IMG/VR virus record: IMGVR_UViG_3300032093_000024
Origin: an uncultured virus (IMG/VR IMGVR_UViG_3300032093_000024)
Taxonomy: Duplodnaviria > Heunggongvirae > Uroviricota > Caudoviricetes
Reading direction: 5' to 3' (one strand)
Length of the DNA stretch: 64,000 nucleotides
Part shown: one piece after another, positions 49,356 through 59,060 of the stretch
Layout: every line of letters begins with the position of its first letter
Numbering within the stretch: position 1 is the first letter of the stretch
Translations under genes and position numbers: made by a program
Notes under the pieces: model-generated
What the model saw: the letters and a program-made list of their open reading frames with translations, nothing else
Told to the model about the DNA's origin: nothing
Databases searched by the model: none

Positions 49356-51391
49356 TATCTTGCTCTACCTTTTATGTCTGCATCTGGAAATTTAATTTCA
49401 AATATAGACGGGTCCAATGAAGGGTAAACTGTTTTATTTTTTGTTGCTTCAACAATGTTATAAGCATTTGTTGAATACTGACCACCACACTTATTTGTAA
49501 TTTCTAATTTAGAAACTGATTTTACACCTTCAACATTTGCTAGTAACAATTCAACTTCACTTAAATTAATTGTTTGATTAAAAGTCCAATTATCAATATT
49601 GAAATAGTTTTGTAAATCTATAATACATTTTGCCAATACTTCGGATTTATTATAGTTTTCATAACAAACTACCTCAAAATTTAATCCAATATTAATAATA
49701 AAACCATCTAAAATATTTACACCATCGGTTAATATTTTATATTCATTTAAATAAGTTTTTAAGTTTTCTTTTACAGCTCTATTAATTGGTGTTAGTTTTC
49801 CTAATCCATCATAACCCAACAAATATAAATTTATAGCAAATGGATTATTTTTTTCATTTTCATTGGATGTTTTACCAACTAAAAATTGTTCAATTCTTTG
49901 TTCAACAATCCCTCTTGATGGCTCATTATCATCTGAAAGATTTATAAAGTCCATTACAATATCAACAAACTCTTGAAATCTATTTGGTGATGCCAAAATA
50001 GATGCAGGAGAATTATTATCAAGCGTTCCATCAGCAGTTGCAAAAGCTTTAGCAATTGCACCGTATTTTGTTGGCATTGATAATGCTCTTACTTGATAAT
50101 CTCTTGCAGTAACAGCTCTATTTTGAGAACCAAAATTCGCTAATGCGTTTTCTCTGATTTCTTCTATGGTTTCACCACCTCTACCACCTGTTGCAGGTAT
50201 TTCGTTTGTTACAGCTACAGAATTTTTAAGTGAATTATATGCACCAATTTGTGCTAAAGTTAAGTTTGATAAGTCATCTTCGTATTCTATACCGGTAATT
50301 CTAGTAAGCTGTCCTGCTTCTATATTTGATGAAACTCCACCACCTACAAAATACTTTACCGTAATAGTTGTATTTGATGGCGATGTACCATATGTTTTTG
50401 TTTTTAAGAAGTTTGTTGGGTCAAATGATTCTTCTAATCTACTAATAGAATTTGGTAATCCTAACCCTACGTTTTTAAGATTTGGAATTAATTGTTCATC
50501 GGATGCCGTTGGGTCACCAGCTCCAAATCTTATAGTTGTTGTACCATCCACATTTACTCTTGTTGTAAATCTTCTTGAAGTTTTTATTGTTTTTAATACA
50601 TAAGGTACAGTTTCCTTAAATTGTACTAAATCTGGATCATTTAATTCAGTATTTGGATAATCTAAAAATACCATTTCTTGTGCCAAATATGGAACTTCAT
50701 ACCACTTATTACCGTTTGAGTCCCTTACATCATAAATTGAAATAATATTTGTATCCGGTAAATCAATGGTTTGAAAAGATTGATACGTTCCAAAATCATA
50801 AGATTCTTCTTTAACTAATGCAGATATTGCCTGAACATACTTTTTAATAAGATATAATGTAGGTTCTCCAGTTACACTATCTCTTTGGTAAACCGTCACT
50901 TCTCTATTAGCGCTTTCAGAAAAATCTATTTTATCTATTGTTCTAAAATTAATTTGTTCGGATGATGATTGAACAATCATTCCATCTTTAATTTTTAACA
51001 TAAACCTTTCATCTGCTATATTAGCCGCGCCGTTTCCTATCGCTGGAACTATTTGATATACTGATAATGTTGTAGTTGAAGGAGATGTTACTTTTGGTCT
51101 ATATCCTAAAAACTGCGATAATGCCATAACATTATTCAAATCTTCGGCAGTTGTAATTAACGATTCTTTTAAAGTATCATCAACATAAAAAGATAATACA
51201 TCCCCAACATAAGATGCCATTTCAATAAACATCATACCCGGCGATGCTTCAGAAAAATCGGTATGAGTTTTTGGAAAATACGTTTTAGCAAATTCAATTA
51301 AATTTGCTTTAAAGTCATTAAAATCTTTATTAAGGTATTTAATATCTTTACCCTTATTTTTAAACGTCTTATTTAATGGTGTTAAACTCAT
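49355..51391 (-). CDS. Baseplate wedge subunit (T4 gp6 / baseplate J-like)
   Basis: KDF..K..LI, DVLSFY.D, IRFG.G, GG.G.ET.EEIR and QNRAVT.RDY motifs. Confidence 0.9.
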   Translation of the reverse strand: MSLTPLNKTFKNKGKDIKYLNKDFNDFKANLIEFAKTYFPKTHTDFSEASPGMMFIEMASYVGDVLSFYVDDTLKESLITTAEDLNNVMALSQFLGYRPKVTSPSTTTLSVYQIVPAIGNGAANIADERFMLKIKDGMIVQSSSEQINFRTIDKIDFSESANREVTVYQRDSVTGEPTLYLIKKYVQAISALVKEESYDFGTYQSFQTIDLPDTNIISIYDVRDSNGNKWYEVPYLAQEMVFLDYPNTELNDPDLVQFKETVPYVLKTIKTSRRFTTRVNVDGTTTIRFGAGDPTASDEQLIPNLKNVGLGLPNSISRLEESFDPTNFLKTKTYGTSPSNTTITVKYFVGGGVSSNIEAGQLTRITGIEYEDDLSNLTLAQIGAYNSLKNSVAVTNEIPATGGRGGETIEEIRENALANFGSQNRAVTARDYQVRALSMPTKYGAIAKAFATADGTLDNNSPASILASPNRFQEFVDIVMDFINLSDDNEPSRGIVEQRIEQFLVGKTSNENEKNNPFAINLYLLGYDGLGKLTPINRAVKENLKTYLNEYKILTDGVNILDGFIINIGLNFEVVCYENYNKSEVLAKCIIDLQNYFNIDNWTFNQTINLSEVELLLANVEGVKSVSKLEITNKCGGQYSTNAYNIVEATKNKTVYPSLDPSIFEIKFPDADIKGRAR

Positions 51392-51392
51392 A

Positions 51393-51833
51393 TTATGGTG
51401 CTATTTGCTGAACATTAAAAGAAACTTCATCGGATAGACCTGTGTTTCTACTTCTAAATTTTAAAGAAATACCAACATAATTTCTATCTCTATTTTCGTT
51501 ACTTATATCCACATTTATTTCATCTACTATAACATTAGGTAAATATCTATCTACCGAATCTGTAATTAAATCTTGTATTTTTTCCTCAAAATCATCTTCT
51601 GTGATTTGTTCAAATAACACTGTTTCTATACCGGCACCAAAATCAGGATTCATTACTCTTTCACCTTTTTTAGTCAGTAACAAATTTTTAATATTAGATT
51701 TAAGTTGGTCTAATTCGGTAAAATTTTGTGTAAAAGCTACATTACTTATTTGTATAGGAATTCTAATACCTAATGCATAATCTTCAAAAGGTTTAGTTTC
51801 AATTAATGGTTTTCTTCCTAATATTATAGCCAT
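51393..51833 (-). CDS. Baseplate wedge protein (T4 gp25 / GPW-like)
   Basis: NLLLT.KGERVMNPDFG..LFE. Confidence 0.9.
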   Translation of the reverse strand: MAIILGRKPLIETKPFEDYALGIRIPIQISNVAFTQNFTELDQLKSNIKNLLLTKKGERVMNPDFGAGIETVLFEQITEDDFEEKIQDLITDSVDRYLPNVIVDEINVDISNENRDRNYVGISLKFRSRNTGLSDEVSFNVQQIAP

Positions 51834-52300
51834 TACTTCTTAAATCTTTTTACAAGCTCAGAATAATCTCTATTCAACGCTTTATCTAATGATTCGTTAC
51901 CGGTTTGAACACCTAATCCAGTTCTTTGTCCACCACCAGCAAATTCACCATAACCCATTTTTTCAGCTATCGCTGTTTTACCTATAATAGACCCCATATC
52001 ACCTTGTCCAAAACTCATAGTTCTATAGCCACCATCGTTTGATACTGCGGCTCTAGTTTCATTAAGAATTTGGTTAATCATTGGGTTTTTAGTATAAGTT
52101 TTTTGTTCAACTACTTTAGGTTCATCATCACCCAAAATAGCTTTAGCCATACTTAATCCAGTATTTTTAGGTTGTTTTTGTTCGGAAATGGTTTTCTTTA
52201 ATTCCGATTTAACTACCTCTTTTATAATGGTAGGAAGTTGTCTTTTTACTTCTTCTTTTACAAGGATTTGTATAGCTTCTAAAAGTTTATCAGTATTCAT
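51833..52300 (-). CDS. Hypothetical protein
   Basis: Coupled to the gp25-like gene; preceded by a late-type motif. Confidence 0.5.
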   Translation of the reverse strand: MNTDKLLEAIQILVKEEVKRQLPTIIKEVVKSELKKTISEQKQPKNTGLSMAKAILGDDEPKVVEQKTYTKNPMINQILNETRAAVSNDGGYRTMSFGQGDMGSIIGKTAIAEKMGYGEFAGGGQRTGLGVQTGNESLDKALNRDYSELVKRFKK

Positions 52301-52317
52301 ATATCATTTGTTATGTA

Positions 52318-52326
52318 AATAAATAT
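52318..52326 (-). promoter_or_regulatory. Putative late promoter motif ATATTTATT
   Basis: Upstream of the ATG at 52300. Confidence 0.6.
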
Positions 52327-52347
52327 TTAAAGTCTTTATTTTTGGGT

Positions 52348-53316
52348 TTATGTAATAAAAAGAGTTGCTTCTTCCTTTCTTCTTCTAACTAATCCAGGTA
52401 AAACACTACCCCCAGCGGTTATTGGTCCAGCTGCAATTAGTTGAGATGCAGCTCCAAAATTATTACTATTTAAAGCTTTAGCAAGTTCAACTTTTAAACT
52501 ACCACAATTATAAACATAACTTATTAAAGAAGCCTTTTGTTTATTAGATAGACTATTAAAAACGGCTTCAGTTATTTTTCTTTCACCACTACCAACTAAT
52601 CTATTTTTGTAAGGTCCTGAAACTTCATATTGTAACATTTTCAATGCCGCATCCACTGTGGTGGTATCGGTTTGCAATACATCTCTTATCTTTCCATCTG
52701 CACCAATAATTTTATCCGAGCCGAATCCTAATCTCCAAGCATTATAATCCCAAGCGGCTTTTGCGGCAAATCCTTCATTTTTACCAATAAACTGTGCCGA
52801 TAATGTAACCCAATCTGCACTAAAATTTAATGCACCTAAATCAACTGAAATCGCACCTGAAAATCCGGGTGTAAATCCCCCACCCGCTCTAAATCCTGAA
52901 ACAAATGGTTTTCCGGTATTAAATGTCCCAACTTCTACTACATCATCTATATTTTTTACAGGTGTATCTTCATCTGGAATATTGCTCAAATCACTTTCTT
53001 TTTTTATTTTTTTATCTACATCTTCTTCACTTGTTCCATTTTGTAACTCACTAGATTGTAATTGAGATTGTTGTTCATCTACGTTTTCTTTTGCTGGAAA
53101 ATCATCTTCGTTAAGCTGTGTTGGTGTGGGTCTAGCACTTTCTACATTATAACCCGTCCAAGTTACTAAACCTGGAGCAGCAATAGTTGCAGGACCTGCT
53201 TGGTATAAAGTAGTCATATTTACAATACCACTTACAGTACCTAAATGTGCCTGGGCATATTTGATAAATTCATCTACAATTAAGGCCGTATTTTGAGTTG
53301 GATTTACTGCTGACAT
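52348..53316 (-). CDS. Virion-associated lysozyme (GH24-like C-terminal domain)
   Basis: FI..NEG..A.WD..LGFG, ALISYVYNCG and LPGLVRRR.EEA.LF. Confidence 0.8.
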   Translation of the reverse strand: MSAVNPTQNTALIVDEFIKYAQAHLGTVSGIVNMTTLYQAGPATIAAPGLVTWTGYNVESARPTPTQLNEDDFPAKENVDEQQSQLQSSELQNGTSEEDVDKKIKKESDLSNIPDEDTPVKNIDDVVEVGTFNTGKPFVSGFRAGGGFTPGFSGAISVDLGALNFSADWVTLSAQFIGKNEGFAAKAAWDYNAWRLGFGSDKIIGADGKIRDVLQTDTTTVDAALKMLQYEVSGPYKNRLVGSGERKITEAVFNSLSNKQKASLISYVYNCGSLKVELAKALNSNNFGAASQLIAAGPITAGGSVLPGLVRRRKEEATLFIT

Positions 53317-54014
53317 ATATTAACAAATTACTAATCCGGCTACACAACTTGTTTTTATTTCATGTGTTCTTAAATAATTATCCGCGCCATTACCATCAAC
53401 TCCGAACCACTTATTACCTTCTTTTTTCCAAAAAATACCAATATGATTAAAAGGTACTGTTTTACCAGGCCAATGATAAATAACTGCCCAACCTGGTTGT
53501 GGATTCACACTTTCATGTCCACCGTTTCTCAAATCTATAAGTCTTCCATTAGCACCTGCCCATGCAAACCAATCAGGTACCCAACTTCTTCTATAATCTC
53601 CATTAGGACCGTCACCGAATTTATTTGGATTTTTTGTTGCTTTAATACCAGCACCAGCTTCATCCCACCAGGTAGAAACGGTACATGCACACCAATGCGC
53701 AGGACTTGTTAATCCACAATTAGCTAAAATTTCAACTATTCTAGGATGTCCCCAATTAGAAAACTTTGGATTTTCCGCAACTGGTGCTGGTGGTGTTACT
53801 GTTGCATCTCTTAATGCAATTGCCAAAACCCTTTGACCTAAAGTTGCATTTGGTGGAAAAGTTGGAGGCCCATAAGGTCCACCACCACCGCCAAATCCTC
53901 CACCAAACCCAGCACCCGCTTTAAAACCAGAAACAAAAGGTTTACCGGTATTAAAAGTCCCCGCTTCAATTACATCATCAATATTTTTTACAGGTGCATC
54001 TTCATCTGGAATAT
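52881..54014 (-). repeat. Dispersed direct repeat, two 102-bp copies (52881-52982 and 53913-54014)
   Basis: Manual alignment gives 12 mismatches in 102 bp; encodes IPDED.PVKNIDDV.E.GTFNTGKPFVSGF.AG in both hydrolase genes. Confidence 0.9.
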
Positions 54015-54720
54015 CACTTGAATTTACGGTTGTTGTTTGAGTACTAACGTTTGTTTGAGTACTTGTTTGGGTTGTATTAGTTTGCGTATTATTTGTAGAT
54101 TTTTCAACTGTTTGTGGTTCTAATGGTGTGTTTTTTAAAGGTATAGTATATTTTGTATTTTCTTCTAAAGCTCCTTCAAGATGATTTATTAAATCAGTAT
54201 ATGTATCTGCAATATCTTGTTTATTGTTTTCTAATGCAGTATCTCTTTTAGTTATTGCACTTTCTAAATTTTCTTGATACTGAATTCTTTCTTGTGGAGT
54301 TAAATCAAAATTTGATTCAACGCTTAAAAGTGGTTTTTGCCAAACTCCAACGTTAGTTGCTCTATTATCATTTACAGCAATGTTTTGAATTGCGTTTGGT
54401 ACAGGTGGTAAAATAGTTGGTATAACATCATTACCCAAAATAGCCGTTGACCAATATATTTTAACCCCCTCTCCCATTTCTCCTACTAAATCATATGGTT
54501 GATTTGAAGTTAATCCTTTTTGTAAAGCACTTATAAATAATTGCTTCATACCTTCAACATCACCACTTCTTACTTTTGTTTTGTGAAACGCATCAAATCC
54601 TCTTTTAATCGCAGCATCATATTCTTTGGCATACGCGTCCGCTACAATTTCTATATTATTAATTGCATCTGGATTGTTTGAAACTCTTAAAATGTTATCT
54701 TTAAAAATTTGCCAAGACAT
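53320..54720 (-). CDS. Virion-associated CHAP-domain peptidoglycan hydrolase
   Basis: HWCAC.V.., PQPGW..IY, HIGI and VDGN motifs. Confidence 0.8.
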   Translation of the reverse strand: MSWQIFKDNILRVSNNPDAINNIEIVADAYAKEYDAAIKRGFDAFHKTKVRSGDVEGMKQLFISALQKGLTSNQPYDLVGEMGEGVKIYWSTAILGNDVIPTILPPVPNAIQNIAVNDNRATNVGVWQKPLLSVESNFDLTPQERIQYQENLESAITKRDTALENNKQDIADTYTDLINHLEGALEENTKYTIPLKNTPLEPQTVEKSTNNTQTNTTQTSTQTNVSTQTTTVNSSDIPDEDAPVKNIDDVIEAGTFNTGKPFVSGFKAGAGFGGGFGGGGGPYGPPTFPPNATLGQRVLAIALRDATVTPPAPVAENPKFSNWGHPRIVEILANCGLTSPAHWCACTVSTWWDEAGAGIKATKNPNKFGDGPNGDYRRSWVPDWFAWAGANGRLIDLRNGGHESVNPQPGWAVIYHWPGKTVPFNHIGIFWKKEGNKWFGVDGNGADNYLRTHEIKTSCVAGLVIC

Positions 54721-55466
54721 TATTTAGATAGTTTTTGCATCCCCCAAGATACTAAATTAGGTTCTTCATTTTTATAATTTTCTATAAATAATTCCACAGC
54801 TCTTCCTTCGGTAACTTTACCTTTAAATGTAAATGCTCCAACTGGACCAACATATCTATCTCCTTCGTAAAGTCCTACATCAATTCGTTTTCCATCCCAT
54901 TCATATTTGTAAGCCACTTTTCCTTTAGATTTTCCTGCTATAGCTTCATCTATTACTTTCTTTTGATACGCAAGTAATTCTTCTTTAGTTGCACTTCGGC
55001 TTTCAGGTCCTTTAAATGAAACTTCTCCATCATTAAATCTTGATTCCATATAAAAGTTTGGTAGATTAGCTCTCAAATATATTTTATAACCTTTGTATTC
55101 TTCTACAAAATTAGCTCTAGGGTCTTCTGGTGGTTTAGGTGGTGGCACTGGTTTTTGAACTGCGGGAGCTGGTGCGTAATCAAACTTCTTTTCTTCCTTT
55201 TGATAAATTGGTGGTTTTGGAGGAGTTTTTGGTTTGAATTTTTTTAATTGTGGAAATGCTGGTTTTTTAGGAATTTTAGGTAAATCTGGTATTCCCAATG
55301 AATCTTTTAATCCATTCAACAACTGTTTAATAGCGGCCGCTCCCCCATTAAATGCGTTCTCTAAACCACCTTTTACCAAACCTTCTGCTTTTGCAGCATT
55401 TTCACCAACAGCGCCTTTTATAGCGCCCTGTCCTGCTTGTTTTGCTTTATCTAATTTTTCTGACAT
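54720..55466 (-). CDS. Hypothetical protein with Pro/Lys-rich linker
   Basis: Between the spike-like and CHAP genes, translationally coupled. Confidence 0.5.
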   Translation of the reverse strand: MSEKLDKAKQAGQGAIKGAVGENAAKAEGLVKGGLENAFNGGAAAIKQLLNGLKDSLGIPDLPKIPKKPAFPQLKKFKPKTPPKPPIYQKEEKKFDYAPAPAVQKPVPPPKPPEDPRANFVEEYKGYKIYLRANLPNFYMESRFNDGEVSFKGPESRSATKEELLAYQKKVIDEAIAGKSKGKVAYKYEWDGKRIDVGLYEGDRYVGPVGAFTFKGKVTEGRAVELFIENYKNEEPNLVSWGMQKLSK

Positions 55467-55467
55467 A

Positions 55468-56703
55468 TTACGCTGTTTGATTTATTTTACTTAAAATATC
55501 ATTTAATTTTGATTTTATTTTTCCAAACTCCGGTCTATTTTTTGGTCCTTCCGCGGTTGGACCGGATGGAGTTAAAAATACCATAGTTCCTATTTGGTCA
55601 ATTAGTTCCGATAATATTTCAACAAGCTTCTGTCCTTTAACTAAAGGTTCTAAATCTTTACTTCCTAAAAATATTGAACCATTACCAGTAAAAAAGTTTA
55701 TATTTCTATCATTTGTTACAACATGAATATCTTCACCTACATTAACATTTATGCCTCGCTTATTATCAATGGACATTCCACCATCTGAAATAAATCCATA
55801 ATTGCCTTTTGAATAAAAAAGCATTTCAGCATTTCTTGCAGATAATATTATTCTACCAGAATTTATTAATACTTGGTCACCTTTGAGTTCTGATGGATAT
55901 GGTTTGAATGATAATGGTTTTTGTGAAAAATCCGTAGAACCTTTTTCATCAATTGTTCCAGGTATAAAAGGAACAACATACTGACCTGAACTCATTAATA
56001 TTGTAGAACCATCTCTATTAATATCTTCGGTGATAGAACCAGATTTAGCCGAAAAAATTTGTGTTGATGATGCTTCTCTATTTCTTATTGTTACAGTTGG
56101 TGAAAATGTACTGCCAGGATTATTGTATGCCGATAATCTAATACTTTGACCAAATCTTGATTCAATTAAAGTATCTCCTTCAAATAAAGATAATCTATGT
56201 ATATTTGTGGGAGAAAATACTTTACCATAACCACTTTCATCAGGCGCTAGACCATCTGCACTACTTCTTGGTGTTTGTGTACTTGCTACATTTTGATAAT
56301 GTTCTGCTTTATTTGCACCACTTAAATCTTCTCTATCACTATTAATATTTAAAAATCTTGCATTAATTGTATTTGCAGAACTACTTAAATTTTTATTTCC
56401 TGCTACATCTTTTGCGTATCTTCTATATGTGTATGTGGATTCAATTTGGATTATTTCTACCATTTCATTTCTGATAGGTAAATCAATAAAATTTTTATTA
56501 TGCGGATAGGCTAAAGGTAAACTTTCTTTACTGGTAAATGTATTTCCAAATTTTCTAAACACAACTGCTCCTACATCACCAGGTTCAGTATAACGCGGAT
56601 GTGTATTATCTAAAATAACATCATAAACTACTGCATAATTTTGTGAAAGATTTAAATCATTATTTTGACTTAAATTACCTACACCATATCTATTAAAAGC
56701 CAT
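55468..56703 (-). CDS. Baseplate hub / central spike protein (gp5/gpV-like)
   Basis: OB-like N-terminus (LP..NE.V), EGD..IESRFGQSIR, beta-helix repeats and C-terminal LVKG..L..TPSGPT. Confidence 0.7.
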   Translation of the reverse strand: MAFNRYGVGNLSQNNDLNLSQNYAVVYDVILDNTHPRYTEPGDVGAVVFRKFGNTFTSKESLPLAYPHNKNFIDLPIRNEMVEIIQIESTYTYRRYAKDVAGNKNLSSSANTINARFLNINSDREDLSGANKAEHYQNVASTQTPRSSADGLAPDESGYGKVFSPTNIHRLSLFEGDTLIESRFGQSIRLSAYNNPGSTFSPTVTIRNREASSTQIFSAKSGSITEDINRDGSTILMSSGQYVVPFIPGTIDEKGSTDFSQKPLSFKPYPSELKGDQVLINSGRIILSARNAEMLFYSKGNYGFISDGGMSIDNKRGINVNVGEDIHVVTNDRNINFFTGNGSIFLGSKDLEPLVKGQKLVEILSELIDQIGTMVFLTPSGPTAEGPKNRPEFGKIKSKLNDILSKINQTA

Positions 56704-57095
56704 TACTTTACTGATTTTTTAAGTTCTTCTAATTCAAATTCCAAATCATCTACTCTTTCAACTTCTTGTTTAGTTTCTTCTAATTCTCTTAATAATTGAT
56801 TCTTTTCAAATTCAGTAAGAAACCCATCTTGTCCTTCCGATTTCTTTTCAGAAGCAACAATTTTTTGAACAATAGATGCCAACTTTACCAATTGGTCATC
56901 ATTCTTTACTGAACTATCAATTAGACCATGCAATACAGGTCCTATGGTTGCAACATCACCCGAATGTTTAACCATTTTTTTAAGTTCTTCAATAAGTGAG
57001 CTTATTTTGTGTCTTTTAGATACCTGATTGTTATAGATATCTTCAAATAGGGAGCTTAAGTTTTTTCCCTTAAATATTTCAAAATCCGTTGACAT
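56703..57095 (-). CDS. Hypothetical helical protein
   Basis: First gene of the baseplate operon, after a late-type motif. Confidence 0.5.
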   Translation of the reverse strand: MSTDFEIFKGKNLSSLFEDIYNNQVSKRHKISSLIEELKKMVKHSGDVATIGPVLHGLIDSSVKNDDQLVKLASIVQKIVASEKKSEGQDGFLTEFEKNQLLRELEETKQEVERVDDLEFELEELKKSVK

Positions 57096-57116
57096 ACTTT
57101 ACTATTTTTGTATGTC

Positions 57117-57125
57117 TATAAATAT
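57117..57125 (-). promoter_or_regulatory. Putative late promoter motif ATATTTATA
   Basis: Upstream of the ATG at 57095. Confidence 0.65.
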
Positions 57126-57145
57126 GTATAATGAAAAAAGTGGGT

Positions 57146-57958
57146 TTATAATTCTATAACCTCAATCTTTATCTTTGGTTGGTAATCTTTTGGAAGTTGG
57201 TTATTGATACCTTTAAACTCTTTAACTTTATTTTTAAAAATAGTGATTTCTAAAATACGGTCAGTAAGGTTCATTACAGTTTGTGAAGAAGTAGACATTT
57301 CAGATGTATCTCTTTTCATATTTAAAGCCGGCCTTTTTGGAAAGAATTCTTTTCTCATTGCCTGAGCTATCTCTTTCCAATCCTCAACTTTATCAACTGA
57401 TTTCTCTGCTGATATTTTTCTCATTTTAGAACTCAAATATTTTTCACCATGCGTATATCCTGCATCAGTAAAAAGATGTCCATGATTAGTACGAACAACA
57501 GGTGATTCGGAGTTTTGTATTTTTATATCTGGCTTATGTTTTGATGTAGTTTCAATACTAACCATATGTTTTGGGGATGAAACAAATGTGTGCCCTTTAA
57601 GTGATAATCCACTCTTACCCTTATATGTTACAGCAGCTTTTAGTGCTTCTTTAATTGATGGTTGTTTTATAATGTTTCTCATCTTATCACCATCAGGACC
57701 CGGCTTACCGCCTTTCTTTACTATCTTTGCTTCTGCTTCGTCATGTCCCACTAATAGTGCAGAGTTTACTACACCAATACCATGCTCATTTAATCCTTCA
57801 CTCCAATCAGTAATTAAATCATGTAGGTATGCAACTTCAACACCATCTATTATAGTGTGAACAATTTCAAGTTCAGGATTATAAGTTCTATCCCTATTTT
57901 TAGCAAGGATAAACTTATCTCCAACTTCTTTAGATACAATAATACATTCGTTTATCAT
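57146..57958 (-). CDS. Cys-type N-terminal nucleophile (Ntn) hydrolase (C45/C59-like); likely start MINE-C at 57958
   Basis: C-I-I-V..LAKNRD, EGLNEHGI, RTNH and SS..R motifs. Confidence 0.75.
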   Translation of the reverse strand: MINECIIVSKEVGDKFILAKNRDRTYNPELEIVHTIIDGVEVAYLHDLITDWSEGLNEHGIGVVNSALLVGHDEAEAKIVKKGGKPGPDGDKMRNIIKQPSIKEALKAAVTYKGKSGLSLKGHTFVSSPKHMVSIETTSKHKPDIKIQNSESPVVRTNHGHLFTDAGYTHGEKYLSSKMRKISAEKSVDKVEDWKEIAQAMRKEFFPKRPALNMKRDTSEMSTSSQTVMNLTDRILEITIFKNKVKEFKGINNQLPKDYQPKIKIEVIEL

Positions 57959-57962
57959 CTTG

Positions 57963-59060
57963 CTAAGCTTTTGCACCAACTACTGTAATAACTTTTTGAT
58001 AAAAAGATTCTATATCCTGCATTTCATCAATCTTCACTTTAAGTTTATCTAAATTCTTTTTAATTGCGTTATCAAATGTCACATCGTAATTTGCACCTTG
58101 CTTTTTCTTAATCATTGCTACCCAAATTACTGCTTGCATTTCCAATGGTTTCATTCCAAATTTACTTGCCAATTCTTGCGTTAATTTTGCAATATAAACA
58201 TAATTTGCAGTCTTACCTAAAAACTTTGATTTTTCTTTTTTATCCATATGTGGGTAAAAAAATGATGCCATCCAAGTATCCATTGTAACCGGCAACCAAC
58301 CACCTTCAAATTCGTAGTTTGGGTCTAATAGATTCAGAGTAAAAGAAAATACTTTTTCTGCTGATATTACAGTTTCAGTTCCTAATGCTCCAGAAGGTGT
58401 AAAGTGTCTTGCTATCTCATTTACTACATCTGATTTAGAAAAGTTAAATCCTTTTGATGAATATAGTCTTAATGCTCTCACTAAATTAGAAAGATATGAT
58501 GGTAAGTTTCTAACATTCTTAACCATTCTTTCAATTGTTTCCATATCTCTAAATTCACCAGCTTTGATTTTTTTGTATAAATCATTTGGTTGCATAGAAA
58601 TCATTTCATTAAATCTTTCAATTCTTTTTGGGTCTTTAATATCAGCTTTTATACCTTCAAAACATCTTGCGGCTAATAAAAAGTTTTGTGCTAATTTATT
58701 TTGTGGTGAAAATATTGCCATTAAGATAAGAAATAAACATCCATCAGATTCACCCAATGCACTTAACATCTTTTTATTCATATCTTCGTACCAACCCTTT
58801 GCTTCTAGTCCTGCTTCTAAAAATCCTTCTAAATTATCCAATACTCCTTTATCAACTGCAATAACATATCCACCTTTCTCTAATTCATCAGGTGACATTT
58901 TTGTGAAATCGGGTTTAGGTGCTTCTGAAATGTTTTCAGTAATATCATCAATATCAGCACCAAATTTGGAAAATAAATTATCCAACGCACCATATTGAGA
59001 TGCATTTAATTTGAATCTTTTACTATTAGTTTCTTTTATTAAGCTACCTAACTTTATCAT
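57963..59060 (-). CDS. Hypothetical protein with a DUF7178-like (HhH-glycosylase-like) domain; likely start MIKLGSLIKE at 59060
   Basis: WY..AIFSPQ..N..KV.SF..NL..VTMDTWM..P.EMQA.IW pattern. Confidence 0.55.
   Translation of the reverse strand: MIKLGSLIKETNSKRFKLNASQYGALDNLFSKFGADIDDITENISEAPKPDFTKMSPDELEKGGYVIAVDKGVLDNLEGFLEAGLEAKGWYEDMNKKMLSALGESDGCLFLILMAIFSPQNKLAQNFLLAARCFEGIKADIKDPKRIERFNEMISMQPNDLYKKIKAGEFRDMETIERMVKNVRNLPSYLSNLVRALRLYSSKGFNFSKSDVVNEIARHFTPSGALGTETVISAEKVFSFTLNLLDPNYEFEGGWLPVTMDTWMASFFYPHMDKKEKSKFLGKTANYVYIAKLTQELASKFGMKPLEMQAVIWVAMIKKKQGANYDVTFDNAIKKNLDKLKVKIDEMQDIESFYQKVITVVGAKA

Noticed and set aside
52881..54014. The 102-bp repeat pair as a diversity-generating retroelement TR/VR
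   Set aside because: Both copies are coding, the mismatches are not confined to adenines of one copy and are largely synonymous or conservative, and no reverse transcriptase is in the window.
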